This document shows, in pieces, positions 51,769 to 64,000 of a DNA stretch of 64,000 nt (position 1 is its first letter; each line of letters opens with the position of its first letter). Source of the stretch: Octopus sinensis (Eukaryota). The translations under genes and the position numbers were made by a program. The stretch spans positions 26,846,001 through 26,910,000 of the forward strand of contig NC_043005.1 of NCBI RefSeq assembly GCF_006345805.1, in the 5' to 3' direction. A model generated the notes under the pieces. The model was given only the letters and a program-made list of their open reading frames with translations, had not been told where the DNA came from and did not search any database.

Positions 51769-51882
51769 TAGTAAAGATTGTTTGCCAACATAACATGGCA
51801 GTCCTGGTTTAGGACGAATGGAAACATCGTCTCCAGCTAGCTATACGACACGACCTGTGTCCAATCTTTACTACAAAGTACT
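51769..51882. mobile_element. Internally deleted derivative of the palindromic MITE
   Basis: TAGTAAAGATTGTTTGCCAACATAACATGGC ... CAATCTTTACTACAAAGTACT. Confidence 0.8.
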
Positions 51883-52432
51883 GCGAAATTTAAAAATAGT
51901 AATTTTCTAATTTTAGGTTAGTTAACAAATGTTTGTGACATAGTTTACCATAGAGAGAAAATTCTCGCTTATAATAAAGGTTCAGTGGCGCCCGCACTTG
52001 GATGCCTAGATACATTTCTGATTCGTTATGCCTTCATGAGTTGAGGATATCAAAGGGACATAACTCTGAGCTGACTAGAAAACCGTAGCTTTATAGTAGG
52101 TCAGAAGAGGTAAGAGTAAGAGTAAGCCCTGACGAACGGGCGTGCGATGCGAAACGGGTCTAATAGGTGACCGTTTACGTTGACCACTGGACGCGTACTG
52201 CTGTGTCCGATTAAAATATATACATTGGAAGTATCGAGGGAGCTGTGTTTAGAAATAAACTTTAGGTTAATTCAAAATTCTTCCAGTTTCCGTCTACCAA
52301 ATAGAACTATGTATGTATGCATGCATGTATGTACGTACATACATACATAATACATACATAATACATACATACATACATACATACATACATACATACATAC
52401 ATACATAAATACATAATACATACATACATACA

Positions 52433-52466
<34 letters not shown>

Positions 52467-52496
52467 CATACATACATACATACATACATACACACA

Positions 52497-53790
52497 TGAT
52501 CTTCAGCTTTATGTTAACATCTGCTCAGCAGTTAATTTCTACAACTTTGCTCAGTTTCTCTTCTCTATCCCAAATCATTATATCAGGTGTGTTATGATTA
52601 TATTTTATTGGGGTCTTCACTGAGACATTCCACCAGTACTCTTTTTTTTATTATGAGTGGCTAGGGCTTCTACCACACTGTAGGTTCTTATTTCTTTGTC
52701 TTCGGGGTTATTCTTCCGACGGATTTCCTTATAGAGTGAGTGTCACAGCTACAACATCATATCTCATCGGTAGATAATGCCGTGATGACATTTTTGGACA
52801 ACTGTTTATGATGTGGTTGATATCTTTAGTGTGAACGCCACAAAATCTGCATCGTTTGTCACATTTTACGGCTTTACCTGCATTTCTATCCCGTTTATGC
52901 ACCTGGTACTTGGTTGATATTTCCTTTTCCTGGATTGCAAACGCATACTCTTCAAATTGGGAGGTAGTAATCCGGTTATTGGTCCATGATAGACTGCTTT
53001 AATGATCGATGTTACTATTATCTCGGAGCTTTCTACTGATATATCCAGGCATAGTCTTCTGCTCATATAGTCTCCTTCTGTCATCTAATGATACGTTGCG
53101 GTAGAATCGTGCGACTTTTGGGGACATTTATTCTAGGTTATCAGACAAATAATGTTGCTCAAGGAGCTGCCTTCCAAGTCTTATGATGTTATCAGCCTCA
53201 TGTATGCAAACTTGGTCAAGAGATGCACTTCGACACTTGATATTTAAAAAAAAAGATGCCGAAGGGATATGATGCGACATTCAAAGTTATTTTGGATCGA
53301 TGTTAAGCCTCTGCCGCCTTGTTTTCGTTTTAGGTAGAGGTGGTCTACGTCACTGCTTATGTGGAAATTATGTCTGCTTGTTTGTATTTCTCGGGTTTTC
53401 ACATAAATGTCTCAGATCTCATCAAGCGTCCAATCAAGCAGCCCAAATGTAGGTATGAGTACTGGCACTGCAAACACATTGTGGGTCACTGTTTTATTGA
53501 ATGCAGAGAGTTCTGAGGTTCAAAGTTTCCTTATTCGACTGTAATATTCTTCAGTGACACGTGTTTTGTTACAGGTGTCATTGTAAGATATGTTTTTATC
53601 CATCCCTAGATACCTGTAGCATTCCTCGTCAAATACAGGGGAAACGGTCAAATCATTGATGGAGATGTTATTAGTCTGGTTTATAGTCTTCCCCGTTTTC
53701 GCAACCATATAACAACATTTTTCCTGACCAAACTCCAACCTTACATCCTTTGAGAATGTTGTAACTAGGTCAAGGCTCTTTTTCATCCGA
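52497..53790 (-). mobile_element. R4/Dong-type LINE fragment (RT end through the RLE region), decayed
   Basis: FSKDVRLEFGQEKC...YRYLG...EYYSRIRKL*, then LYLKRKQGGRGL, and later PDIMIWD...E (PD..D endonuclease motif). Confidence 0.8.
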
Positions 53791-54330
53791 TGTATGTATG
53801 TATGTATATACGTATGTAAGTATGTATTTATATGTATTTGCATGTATGCATGTATGTATGTATGTATGTATATATGTATGCATGTATGTATGTGTGTATG
53901 TATGTATGTATATGTATGTGTATATATGTGTATGTACATATGCATATGCATGTGTATGTACGTATGTATGTATTTATATGTATTTGCATGTATGCATGTA
54001 TGTATGTATGTATGTATATATGTATGCATGTATGTATGTGTGTATGTATGTATGTATATGTATGTGTATATATGTGTATGTACATATGCATATGCATGTG
54101 TATGTACGTATGTATGTATTTATATGTATTTGCATGTATGCATGTATGTATGTATGTATGTATGTATGTATGTATGTATGTATGTATGTATGTATGTATG
54201 TATATGTATGCATGTATGTGTGTATGTATGTATGTATGTATATGTATGTGTATATATGTGTATGTACATATGCTTGTATGTATGTATGTACATATGCATG
54301 TGTGTGTGTATGTGTGTGTGCATGTATGTG
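53790..54330. repeat. (TATG)n-derived higher-order repeat, period 146 bp, about 3 copies
   Basis: The anchor ATTTATATGTATTTGCATG occurs at 53826, 53972 and 54118. Confidence 0.88.
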
Positions 54331-54874
54331 TGTATGTGTGTAAAATATTTAATGTTGACTGTTGCGTTCTGTGTGCCAAACGGAAATAAATTCATTGAGT
54401 ACAACAATTTGCATTGAATCAGACATAAACTTTGATGACGTCATCGGCCTCTTGAAAGAACACCTCTAGTTAGTAAGAATTATGTTTATGTATTCACACG
54501 CACTCGACCGAACTACTACTACTACCACCACCACCACCACCACCACCACCGCCGCCGCCGTCGGCACCTACGCCGCCACCACCGCCGTTGCTGCAATACT
54601 CCTACGGCATTTAAAGTGGTTGTACTCCACAAAGATAACAAAAAGCATTAAACCAGAAGGTAAGATTGCAATAACCGACAGCTATAACAATAACAACAAT
54701 TATAATGATGAACGCGATGCCAGGACAAAATCATTAATTACTTTTGTTAAAAACAACTAACATAACATCACGAAATGTTGTTTCAATGCGCGCGCGCGCG
54801 TGTGTGCGTGCGTGTATGTACATGCATATACATCTGTCCGCATGCTTATTGTTTAGACAAGACTAAATGCTTGT

Positions 54875-54884
54875 GTGTATATAT

Positions 54885-54936
<52 letters not shown>

Positions 54937-55001
54937 TATATATCCATAAGTATTTTATATGGTGTATAGCATACGTGTATGTGTGAACTCATTAACGCAA
55001 T

Positions 55002-55050
<49 letters not shown>

Positions 55051-55117
55051 TATATATCCATAAGTATTTGTATATGGTGTATAGCATACGTGTATGTGTG
55101 AACTCATTAACGCAAAT

Positions 55118-55130
<13 letters not shown>
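54875..55130. repeat. Tandem duplication, period 114 bp
   Basis: The anchor TGTACATATATATCCATAAG occurs at 54931 and 55045. Confidence 0.9.
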
Positions 55131-55189
<59 letters not shown>

Positions 55190-55253
55190 GTATATACATA
55201 TATATATGTGTATATATATATATATAATATATATATATAATATATATATTATA

Positions 55254-55302
<49 letters not shown>

Positions 55303-55315
55303 CACATACATACAT

Positions 55316-55346
<31 letters not shown>

Positions 55347-55964
55347 CGTGCGTACATATCTGTTACAAAGCTTCACAGTGGGTCGCATGAAAATAAGAAT
55401 GTTAACAAATGGTTTCTTTACAACTGATTAATGAAACAAGTGGTAGAGACTTCCTTAATGGATCGTTTCGCAGTTTGTTGAACACTCCTCAGAGCAGACG
55501 TACACATCCTCCAATCCCTAAGCAAAAGTATTTATGGCAGCTGCTTATAATTCCTTCATGAATTAGATAAGTAAATTACTGAATAGTCTAATTTGCATAA
55601 ATCTTCACTAGACAGCTTGTCATTAATTAAACAATAATTATTAATGCACAACACAGCGTTAAACAGAAGAACGTAAGTAAATTTATATATTATAAAGCCA
55701 TGCTACGGGCGAAATAAGTGTAAGAATGTAAGCGCACCCCTTTTATATAAATGATGTACGGGGGATACGAAAGGAGTCGACTGACGTCTTCTCTGAGGAG
55801 TGATGAACAAACTAAGAAAAGGTCTGTTAGGAAACTTCTTTTTTCCGCGTATCATTTGTGTAGATGGAATATCTTTACATTCTCATTTAACTCACAGAGA
55901 GTGGTTTTAAATATTTGAATTTATATCAGTTCTTTTCAGTTAAGTCATGTTGAGCCTAAATATA

Positions 55965-56831
55965 CGAGGTCTGATCAATGAGTATCCGGACCGTTGCCAT
56001 AGTAACGAATCTAAAGCACACAGAGTGATGCCACTTGGCAGACATTGACTTTGAACTCTGCTGTGTATGCGCACTAAGTCTTTACGTTCTAGCTCATTTC
56101 CGCTGTTTACAGCAGAGCTTGGAAGGAAGGTGTGTAGCGTGTGATCGTGACATTGACCCTGAGAGAGAAATTTGTCATGGTGATACCTGCTCAGAGACCT
56201 GCGCAAAGTTGCAGAGAGTGTATGGAGAGGAGTGTACAAGCCGCACACAAGTGTATGAGTGGTTCAGACATTTCCAAGATGACCGAAAACCTGTCGATAC
56301 TGACGAACGTTCTGGGTGACCACAACAAGCAGAACTGAGAAAAACATCGCAGATGTGCGTGCTGTTGTGAGGGGAAATTGTCGAATCACCATCAGCGAGT
56401 TTTCAGAAGATGTGCAAGATTAGTTACAGTTCAGTTCAGTCCGCTATTACTGAAGATTTGAGTATGAGATGCGTGTCTGCCAAAACTGCTTTCAGCTGAC
56501 CAAAATGAGACCCGGGTTTCCGTTGCACAAAATCTCCTTGATTGTCAAGAACGATGAAAACTTTTTGAAAATTCTGTGTAGGCCTCTGAGCAGGTATCGC
56601 CAAGCTTTTGGCAAAATTTGATGCAGATTCGCTTCTCAACTTTCTCTGTTATGGTCAATGCGACGATCATACGCTACACATGTTCCTTCAAGCACTGCTG
56701 TAAACAGCGAAAGTGAGCTAGAATAGTAAAACTTGGTGCGTAAGCACAACAGAGTTCAAGGTCAATTTGTGCCAAGCGGCTTCTCTCCCCTTTTACCTTC
56801 GTTGCAATCGCAACAGTCCGGATACTTATTG
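55965..56831 (+). mobile_element. Second copy of the mariner double-5'-end derivative
   Basis: TA|CGAGGTCTGATCAAT start; HTH motif YGEECTSRTQVYEWF...DTDERSG; the same internal inversion junction as the 26866 copy. Confidence 0.85.
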
Positions 56832-56999
56832 TTTAATTAATGAAGTTCATTCAAAAGCATAAATGAGCAAATTCGCCTATCCACTTACCTGCTTGCGTCA
56901 TTCATGAACCTTGACTCAACGAAACATCGAGGATATGGTAGTTGAAGACAGAGAGAGAAAGCGACAGAGAGAGAAAGCGACAGAGAGAGAGAGCGAGGA

Positions 57000-57170
57000 G
57001 TGAGGGCTGCACCAGCAATCAACTGATGCTCATTTTCAAATTAGTAGACTGAAGCAACGTGAAGATCCTTGCTCAAGGACACAATGCATAAGCCGGTACA
57101 GGTATTGAACGTACGACATTATGACCGTTTATTCAATATCCTAACCCTCGCCGATGCGCTTTCCCCGACC
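57000..57170 (-). mobile_element. Old SINE head fragment (type seen at 62052)
   Basis: CCTTGCTCAAGGACACAA is the reverse complement of TTGTGTCCTTGAGCAAG(A) at about 62124. Confidence 0.5.
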
Positions 57171-57285
57171 CATATGGCTGTTTGCTGACAACTTTTCCCG
57201 CCTTGTAAGAGTAATTTACCCATTATTTCTGTTGTTCTAACGGCGATGCTGCGTTCGAAAATAAGTCCCCTTCTTGTTTTGTTTG

Positions 57286-57323
<38 letters not shown>

Positions 57324-57324
57324 G

Positions 57325-57557
57325 CGGTTCAAAGTTTCCTTATTCGACTGTAATATTCTTCAGTGACACGTGTTTTGTTACAGGTGTCCTTGTAAGATAT
57401 GTTTTCATCCATCCCTAGATACCTGTAGCATTCCTCGTCAAATACAGGGGAAACGGTCAAATCATTGATGGAGATGTTACTAGTCTGGTTTATAGTCTTC
57501 CCCGTTTTCGCAACCATATAACAACATTTATCCTGACCAAACTCCAACCTTACATCC
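57325..57557 (-). mobile_element. Near-identical local duplicate of the R4/Dong RT segment 53518-53750
   Basis: About 4 substitutions over roughly 230 bp; the same premature stop; (TA)n on both sides. Confidence 0.9.
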
Positions 57558-57593
57558 TTACATCTATATATATTTATATCACCGGTGATGGTG

Positions 57594-57626
<33 letters not shown>

Positions 57627-57697
57627 TAATATATATAAGTTATATATATATATATTATATATATATATATATATAATATATATATATATATAATATC

Positions 57698-57798
57698 AGA
57701 AGTAGAAGAGAAGAAGAAGAAGAAGAAGAAGAAGAAGAAGAAGAAGAAGAAGAAGAAGAAGAGAAGAAGAAGAAGAAGAAGAAGAAGAAGAAGAAGAA
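57698..57798. repeat. (GAA)n microsatellite
   Basis: Directly visible. Confidence 0.95.
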
Positions 57799-58186
57799 AA
57801 TGGAGATTGGGAAGTTAATAATTGTTTATTATTAACAGCAAATCAATCATCATCCCTTACAGCTATTTCGATTAATACTCAGTGAATTAATTAAATATTA
57901 AATTCATATGCTCTGAGCATAATATCTTCAGAAGGAAAAAAAGTATACCCTTGGATATTTTATATGCGTTTATGGATTCATTATAGCATTATGTATATAC
58001 ACACACACGTATACACGTATATACATGGATAATGTGTACATGTGCGTGTGTATACACAAACACACACACAAACAGACAAACAAATAAACAATCAAACAAA
58101 CAAATAAACAATCAAATAAACAAAAAATAAAGTAAGGCATTGAATTTTCAAAGAATCAAACAGAATTCGTAGCAAACACTCCCGCA

Positions 58187-58277
<91 letters not shown>

Positions 58278-58282
58278 CGTAG

Positions 58283-58314
<32 letters not shown>

Positions 58315-58315
58315 G

Positions 58316-58346
<31 letters not shown>

Positions 58347-58793
58347 TGTATGTATGTATGTATGTCCACATTCATACTTAATTTCTTTAGATAGAATCAG
58401 CCAATTGTAGCTCAGTTATTCAATGGAAAATTATCAACTATCCCTCGTTTATTTCGACAGAGACATTTCATTATAGATTACTAAAGAATAATTATTCGAA
58501 TTTCCTATTCTTAATTAAAGCATTCAATGACTTCTCAAACAATAATATTTCTCATAATAGCGGTCATAAAAATCAGATTTGATAACCCTCTTTAGTATCA
58601 CGTTCTGAACTGCTTCACCTTTCCCGCCATTGACCTCGCCCTATTATACTGTACATAATAATTTAACATATCTATAACGTTATTTTTATTTCCTCATAAA
58701 ATGATTAATTATTCCGATACATTTTAATTCAGTTTTCTTTATTCACAATAACTCTGAAAATATATCTTGTAACTTATACCGCTATTTATAATA

Positions 58794-59325
58794 CATCTCT
58801 CCTCGTTTATCACGGCGAGGTTTGGCTAAAAAACAAAGCAGAGTAATAAATGAATCAGTGATCAATGAATCATCTTTACGCACTTTATAAGTGGAACACA
58901 TGATAGATTCATTGACACCAAACACGCGGCCCACACCTGCAAGGCTCCCACTGTTAAGTATTTTCTTATTCATTTCTACCTTTTCCAGTTGTGAATGGAC
59001 TCATCTGCGTCTTTTGTTAGAATCTGGTGCCTTCTTATTTTTTCTGTTCATTTGTCTCATATTGATGGGTACGAATGCGTGAATCCGTATTAAAAAATAC
59101 ACAGCCTCGCAACACGAACACGCGGAAGTACAAGCGACAGGCAGTGCATTCTGGGTAATTGAGCATTGTTGGTATTCGACTTTGAGACACAAGCACAGTC
59201 CTCGACAAATCGCTGATCTATGTTATCACAGACCAATCTGTAATAAGTGTAACATACTTTAAACTGAAAGTACCGTGTTATCCTGGATAAGTGAAGAATG
59301 AATCAGTGATAAACGAGGAAAGATG
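58794..59325 (-). mobile_element. Tigger/pogo-like non-autonomous DNA transposon
   Basis: A 20-bp TIR CATCT(C/T)TCCTCGTTTATCAC (19/20) is flanked by TA at both ends. The internal minus strand encodes a decayed HTH-psq-like start (KRRR...LEKVE...SG.LAGVGRVFGVNES). Confidence 0.8.
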
Positions 59326-59569
59326 TATATTGAGAATATGTCCCATCCTCGTAACACATCTGTTATCTAACTTACACTTTTATTATTTCATTTAGTGATT
59401 CTTCTCTTACAAATGTGAACTTCTACAGTGACACACTGCATATAATAGACATTACGGCCGTTATAAAACCCAGATCTTTCCTTCTCCCTACCTCCCACTC
59501 TCTCTCTCTCTCCCTCTCTCTCTTTCTCGTGCACGCACTTTCCAAAGTGTTTTACTTTAATGAAAATAA

Positions 59570-60605
59570 TGGTTTCTGAATTTGACACAAGGTCAACAGT
59601 TTTGATAGGAGGGGTTTAATCGATAGCATTGACTGCGGTATTTGATTGGGACCTAAATTTCTTCAACCCCGAAGAGGATGAAAGGCAAGGTAGACCTCTG
59701 CGAGATTTCAAGTAAAAGAAATACTGCAGAACACTTTGTCAGACGCCCCCGCGATTTTATCAGTCCACCGCCCTAATGATATCTAATCGAGGTAAAAAAA
59801 AAAAACGGCAGTTTTAAAGGAAGGAACTAGTCAATTACTTCGACCCCAGTGTTTTACTGGTACTTATTTTATCGGCCCCAGACAGGATGAAAGACAAGAT
59901 CAACAGAATTGGAACTTAAAGAGCAGCAAAAACGCTCCCTTAGCATTTTTCCGGCGCTCTAACAATTCTTTTCTACTCTAGGCACAAGGCCCGAAATTTA
60001 GGGGGATGGGGGCCAGTCGATTAGATCGACCCCAGAACGCAACTTGTTCTTCATTTATCAAATCCGAAAGAACAGACAAACGGATTAAGTCGATTATATC
60101 GACCCCAGTACGTAACTGGTACTTATTTAATCGACCCCGAAAGGATGAAAGGCAGTCGACCTCGGCGGAATTTGAACTCAGAACGTAAAGACAGACGAAA
60201 CACCTATTTCTTTACTACTCACAAGGAGCTAAACACAGAACGGACAAACAAGGACAGACAAATGGATTAAGTCGATTACATCGACCCCTGTGCGTAACAG
60301 GTACTTAATTTATCGACCCCGAAAGGATGAAAAGCAAAGTCGAATTTGAACTCAGAACGTAAAGACAGACGAAATACCTATTTCTTTATTACCCACAAGG
60401 GGCTAAACACAGAGGGGACAAACAAGGACAGACATAGGTATTAAGTCGATTACATCAACCCCAGTGCGTAACTGGTACTTAATTTATCGACCCCAAAAGG
60501 ATGAAAGGCAAAGTCGACCTCGGCGGAATTTGAACTCACAACGTAAAGCAGACGAAATACCGCTAAGCATTTCGCTCGGCGTGCTAACGTTTCTGCCAGC
60601 TCGTA
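59570..60605 (-). mobile_element. Same-orientation stack of SINE family C units, including a head-to-tail trimer (60070-60605)
   Basis: Units start at about 60070, 60252 and 60427 (periods about 182 and 175 bp). Only the unit ending at 60605 retains the head. Older copies occupy 59570-59960. Confidence 0.88.
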
Positions 60606-61009
60606 GCCTTCTTCAACGCAGATAATTCTTTCTATTACACTGGTCTACAAAGTTTTTGGTGTTTAGGAAATAGACATCATTCCTGTACAAAATCGGTTTC
60701 CTGAATCCAAATATAATTTTCTTTCTGACCTATCAGATCTAGTTTTTAAGTTATTGAACATTTCTATGGTCACTATGTATGTGTGTACGTCCAGTACGCA
60801 GTGTTCGTTACCTTATTCTAATTTTTTTTCTTTTTCCATACTTTTTAGATACTGTGGTGAACTAAACAATAGAAAATCTGCCGGGCAAAGCGAAAAGATC
60901 CACTAGATCTGTTAGGCAAAAACTGAAGAAATTTTTGAAATTTAGCAGGCATAATCACTTAGAAAGTCATTGAAATATTCCAGGCATCAGGCACTTTTTT
61001 TTGCTGCTC

Positions 61010-61218
61010 AGTGTTATAGAAAAAAGGCCCGATATTTTGCGACAGAGGCTAGTCGATTACATCAACCCCAGCGTTTAGCTGGTACTTATTTTATCGATCT
61101 CGAAAGGATAAAAGGCAAAGTCGACCTCGGCAGAATTTGAAATCAGAATGTAAAGACGGACAAAATACTACTAAGCATATTGTCCGGCGCGATAACGATT
61201 TTGCCAGCTCGCTGCCTC
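61010..61218 (-). mobile_element. SINE family C
   Basis: AGTCGATTACATCAACCCCAG...GTCGACCTCGGCAGAATTTGAA...GCCAGCTCG. Confidence 0.82.
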
Positions 61219-61637
61219 CTCTAATGTAAATAATGAATCGAATTACATTTGACGAATTAACAGTGACGTAAGACCGTCTGGTAGAACGTTTCGCCGTATT
61301 TGATTCAACTCGCTGCACTCTGAGTTCAAGTTTCACCCGTGTCAACTTTATTGTTCATCATTTTAAGGTTGATAAAGTTCCAGTTAAGTGCAAATGAAGT
61401 TCCAATCGAAGACTTTTGATTCGTGGGTCTGTAAGAACTATTTAGGAGTCCTGAAATTAGGCTGGACCATGAATATTGTGCAGAAGTTGTTTGAGATTTA
61501 AATAGGATATTCAAATTCACATTTAAAATTAAAATCGTATCTTTAAAAAGATAGTACACGGTTTCAAATACAGTAGAAGATATAAAGTAATTTATTTTTT
61601 CATTGCTTCATGTTTAAATTTGTGTATATTATCAGTT

Positions 61638-62010
61638 GTGGAGGCGCAATGGCCTAGTTGTTAGGGCAGCGGACTCGCGGTCGTGGGATCGCGGTTTCGA
61701 TTTCCAGACCGGGCATTGTGAGTATTTATTGAACGAAAACACCTAAAGCTCCACCAGGCTCCGGCAGGAGGTGGTGGCGAACCCTGCTGTACTCTTCCAC
61801 CACAAATTTCACTTTTTCTTCCTGTTTTCGTTGTACCTGTATTTCAAAGGGCCAACCTTGTCACACTCTGTGTCACACGGAATCTCCTGGAGAACTACAT
61901 TAAGGGTACACGTGTCTGTGGAGTGCTCAGCCACCTGCACGTTAATTTCACGAGCAGGCTGTTTCGTTGATCGGATCAACTGGAACCCACGTCGTCGTAA
62001 CCGACGGAGC
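61638..62010 (+). mobile_element. SINE family B
   Basis: Head GTGGAGGCGCAATGGCCTAGTTGTTAGG; 3' end GTCGTCGTAACCGACGGAG. Confidence 0.9.
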
Positions 62011-62051
62011 CCCATGATATTATTAATTCATGTCTACATAAAGTGCTTAGT

Positions 62052-62370
62052 GAAGGTGCATAGCTTAGTGGTTAATTCGGCTCATGATCATAAGGTCGTG
62101 TGTTCAATTCCCGGCGACGCGTTGTGTCCTTGAGCAAGACACTTTATTTCACGTTACTCCAGTCCACTCTGCTGGCAAAAATGAGTAGTACTTGTATTTC
62201 AAAGAGCCAGCCATTTCACAATCTGTGTCACGCTGAATCTCCCTGAGAACTACGTTAATGGTACACGTGTCTGTGGAGTGCTCAGCCACTTGCACGTTAA
62301 TTTCACGAGCAAGCTGTTCCGTTGATCGTATCAGCTGGGACCCTCGTCGTCGTAACTGACGGAGTGCTCC
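62052..62370 (+). mobile_element. SINE with a different head but the family B 3' domain (B')
   Basis: Head GCATAGCTTAGTGG...GTTCAATTCCC, then TTGTGTCCTTGAGCAAGACACTT, then about 180 bp shared with family B. Confidence 0.85.
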
Positions 62371-62884
62371 AAAGTGTTCTAACAGTATTGTAGCAATAAC
62401 AGGCGATAATCAAATTTCACACAAAATATAGAGAGAGTATATAAAGGAATGCCGTTTTTATTAAAAATTCTAATTGAAATATATCTTCAAAAAATTATTA
62501 CGCGGTTTCAAATACCATGGAAGATTGAAAATAATGGATGCTTTCGTTGTTCCATGTTTAAATCGCTTTTTTCACATTTCTAAAATATTCAGGTATTTTA
62601 CTGTAACCGACCGTTTATTCTTATAACATTTCAAATACATTTAAACACTATGCAAATTAAGTCCGATTCATTGGACGTAAGTCTTAAGAATTTTAGAAAT
62701 ATAAGCGATCCGGTAGAATCGCTCGAGCGTCGGAAAAAGTATTTGTTGGTATTTCTTCCTCTTGGAGTTGGTAAAATAAATCACATGTCAAGTACAAGAG
62801 TCGATGATTCCGACTAAGTACCCTCTCCTCAAACATGATGATCTTGTGCTAAATCAGAAACTATTTTAGAACTATGAAGAAATC

Positions 62885-63232
62885 AGGCGCAGGTGTGGCT
62901 GTGTGGTAAGAAGTTTGCTTCCCAAACCATATGGTTCCGGGTTCAGTCCTACTGTGTAGCACCTTGGGCAAGTGTCTTCTACTACAGCCTTGGACCGACC
63001 AAAGCCTTATGAGTGGATTTGGTAGAAAGGAAACTGAAAGTCCCTTCTATATGTGTGTGTGTCACTACCCTGCTTGACAACCGATACTGATGTGCTTACG
63101 TCCATGAAACATAGCGGTTCAGCAAAAGACACTGATTGAATAAGTACCAGGCTTAAAAAAAAAAAGCAAGTACTGAAGTCGATACACTTAACCAAAACTC
63201 CTTTAAGGCGGTGCCCCAGCATGGCCGCAAAA
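62885..63232 (+). mobile_element. SINE family A, older full-length copy
   Basis: AGGCGCAGGTGTGGCTGTGTGGTAAG...AAGGCGGTGCCCCAGCATGGCCGC. Confidence 0.88.
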
Positions 63233-63378
63233 GAAATTAAAATGTGAAACAATACGAAAAATATTTTTTTCTACCTTCCATTGTATTTGAAACCGTTTGC
63301 TTACTATTCGAAGACACGGCCTTTAAATGTGGAATTTTGAAAATGATAGGATTCCAAATAAGTACTCTGTGGATGGAA

Positions 63379-63748
63379 GCACTCCGTCGGTTACGACGAC
63401 GAGGGTTCCGGTTGATCCGATCAACGGAACAGCCTGCTCGTGAAATTAACGTGTAAGTGGCTGAGCATTCCACAGACAAGTATACCCTTAACGTAGTTCT
63501 CGGGGATATTCAGCGTGACACAGAGAGTGACAAGGCCGGCCCTTTGAAATACAGGTACAACAGAAACAGGAAGTAAGAGTGAGAGAAAATTGTGGTGAAA
63601 GAGTACAGCAGGGATCACCACTATCCCTGCCGGAGCCTCGTGGAGCTTTTAGGTGTTTTCGCTCAATAAACACTCACAACGCCCGGTCTGGGAATCGAAA
63701 CCGCGATCCTACGACCGCGAGTCCGCTGCCCTAACCACTGGGCCATTG
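63379..63748 (-). mobile_element. SINE family B
   Basis: Highly similar to 2183-2567. Confidence 0.9.
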
Positions 63749-64000
63749 TAGGTATGTCTATATAAGAATTATGTGTCGTCTATGAGAAATTTTGTGTGTG
63801 CAACAGAAATAGATAAAAAGGAAGTCTAAAAGTGAAAGAGAACAATGTTCCTATGTCTCACACTAACACGTCTACTCAATTACGACTCCATAACAACTTC
63901 TGGTCTTTCTACATCTCCCTTTCCAATTAATTTCTGTTTTGTCCCAAGGAGACTTCAAGCCTGGTTTTGTTTTGTTCGCAAATTATTCTGGGTTGAATCT

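Overview
Repeat-dominated animal genomic DNA, most likely an octopus. That assignment is inferred from the SINE families and the very dense TA/CA/TATG/GATA microsatellites and cannot be confirmed here. No host protein-coding gene, rRNA, true tRNA or CRISPR array is supported, and most ORFs in the track are translations of microsatellites. The window holds: three tRNA-derived SINE families (here A, B, C); three Helitron-like non-autonomous elements; a decayed Ty3/Gypsy pol with its 3' LTR; a near-intact CR1-type ORF2; two Penelope-like (RT/GIY-YIG) remnants; Tx1-clade L1 copies; R4/Dong-type and RTE-type LINE fragments; two mariner derivatives; a Tigger/pogo derivative; nested 8-bp-TSD MITEs; and a palindromic MITE. 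The most notable signals are (i) a Tx1 family whose six 3' ends all sit in (TATC)n, plus a sister lineage ending in (ATT)n, (ii) a 2.7-kb tandem duplication whose identity pattern fits homology-mediated 5' joining during retrotransposition, (iii) a well-formed variant hammerhead ribozyme (U4C core) at a Penelope 3' end with several related motifs, and (iv) modular SINEs with a LINE-matched tail, a conserved hairpin junction and recurrent headless multimers. SINE and fragment boundaries are approximate unless a TSD or TIR is cited.
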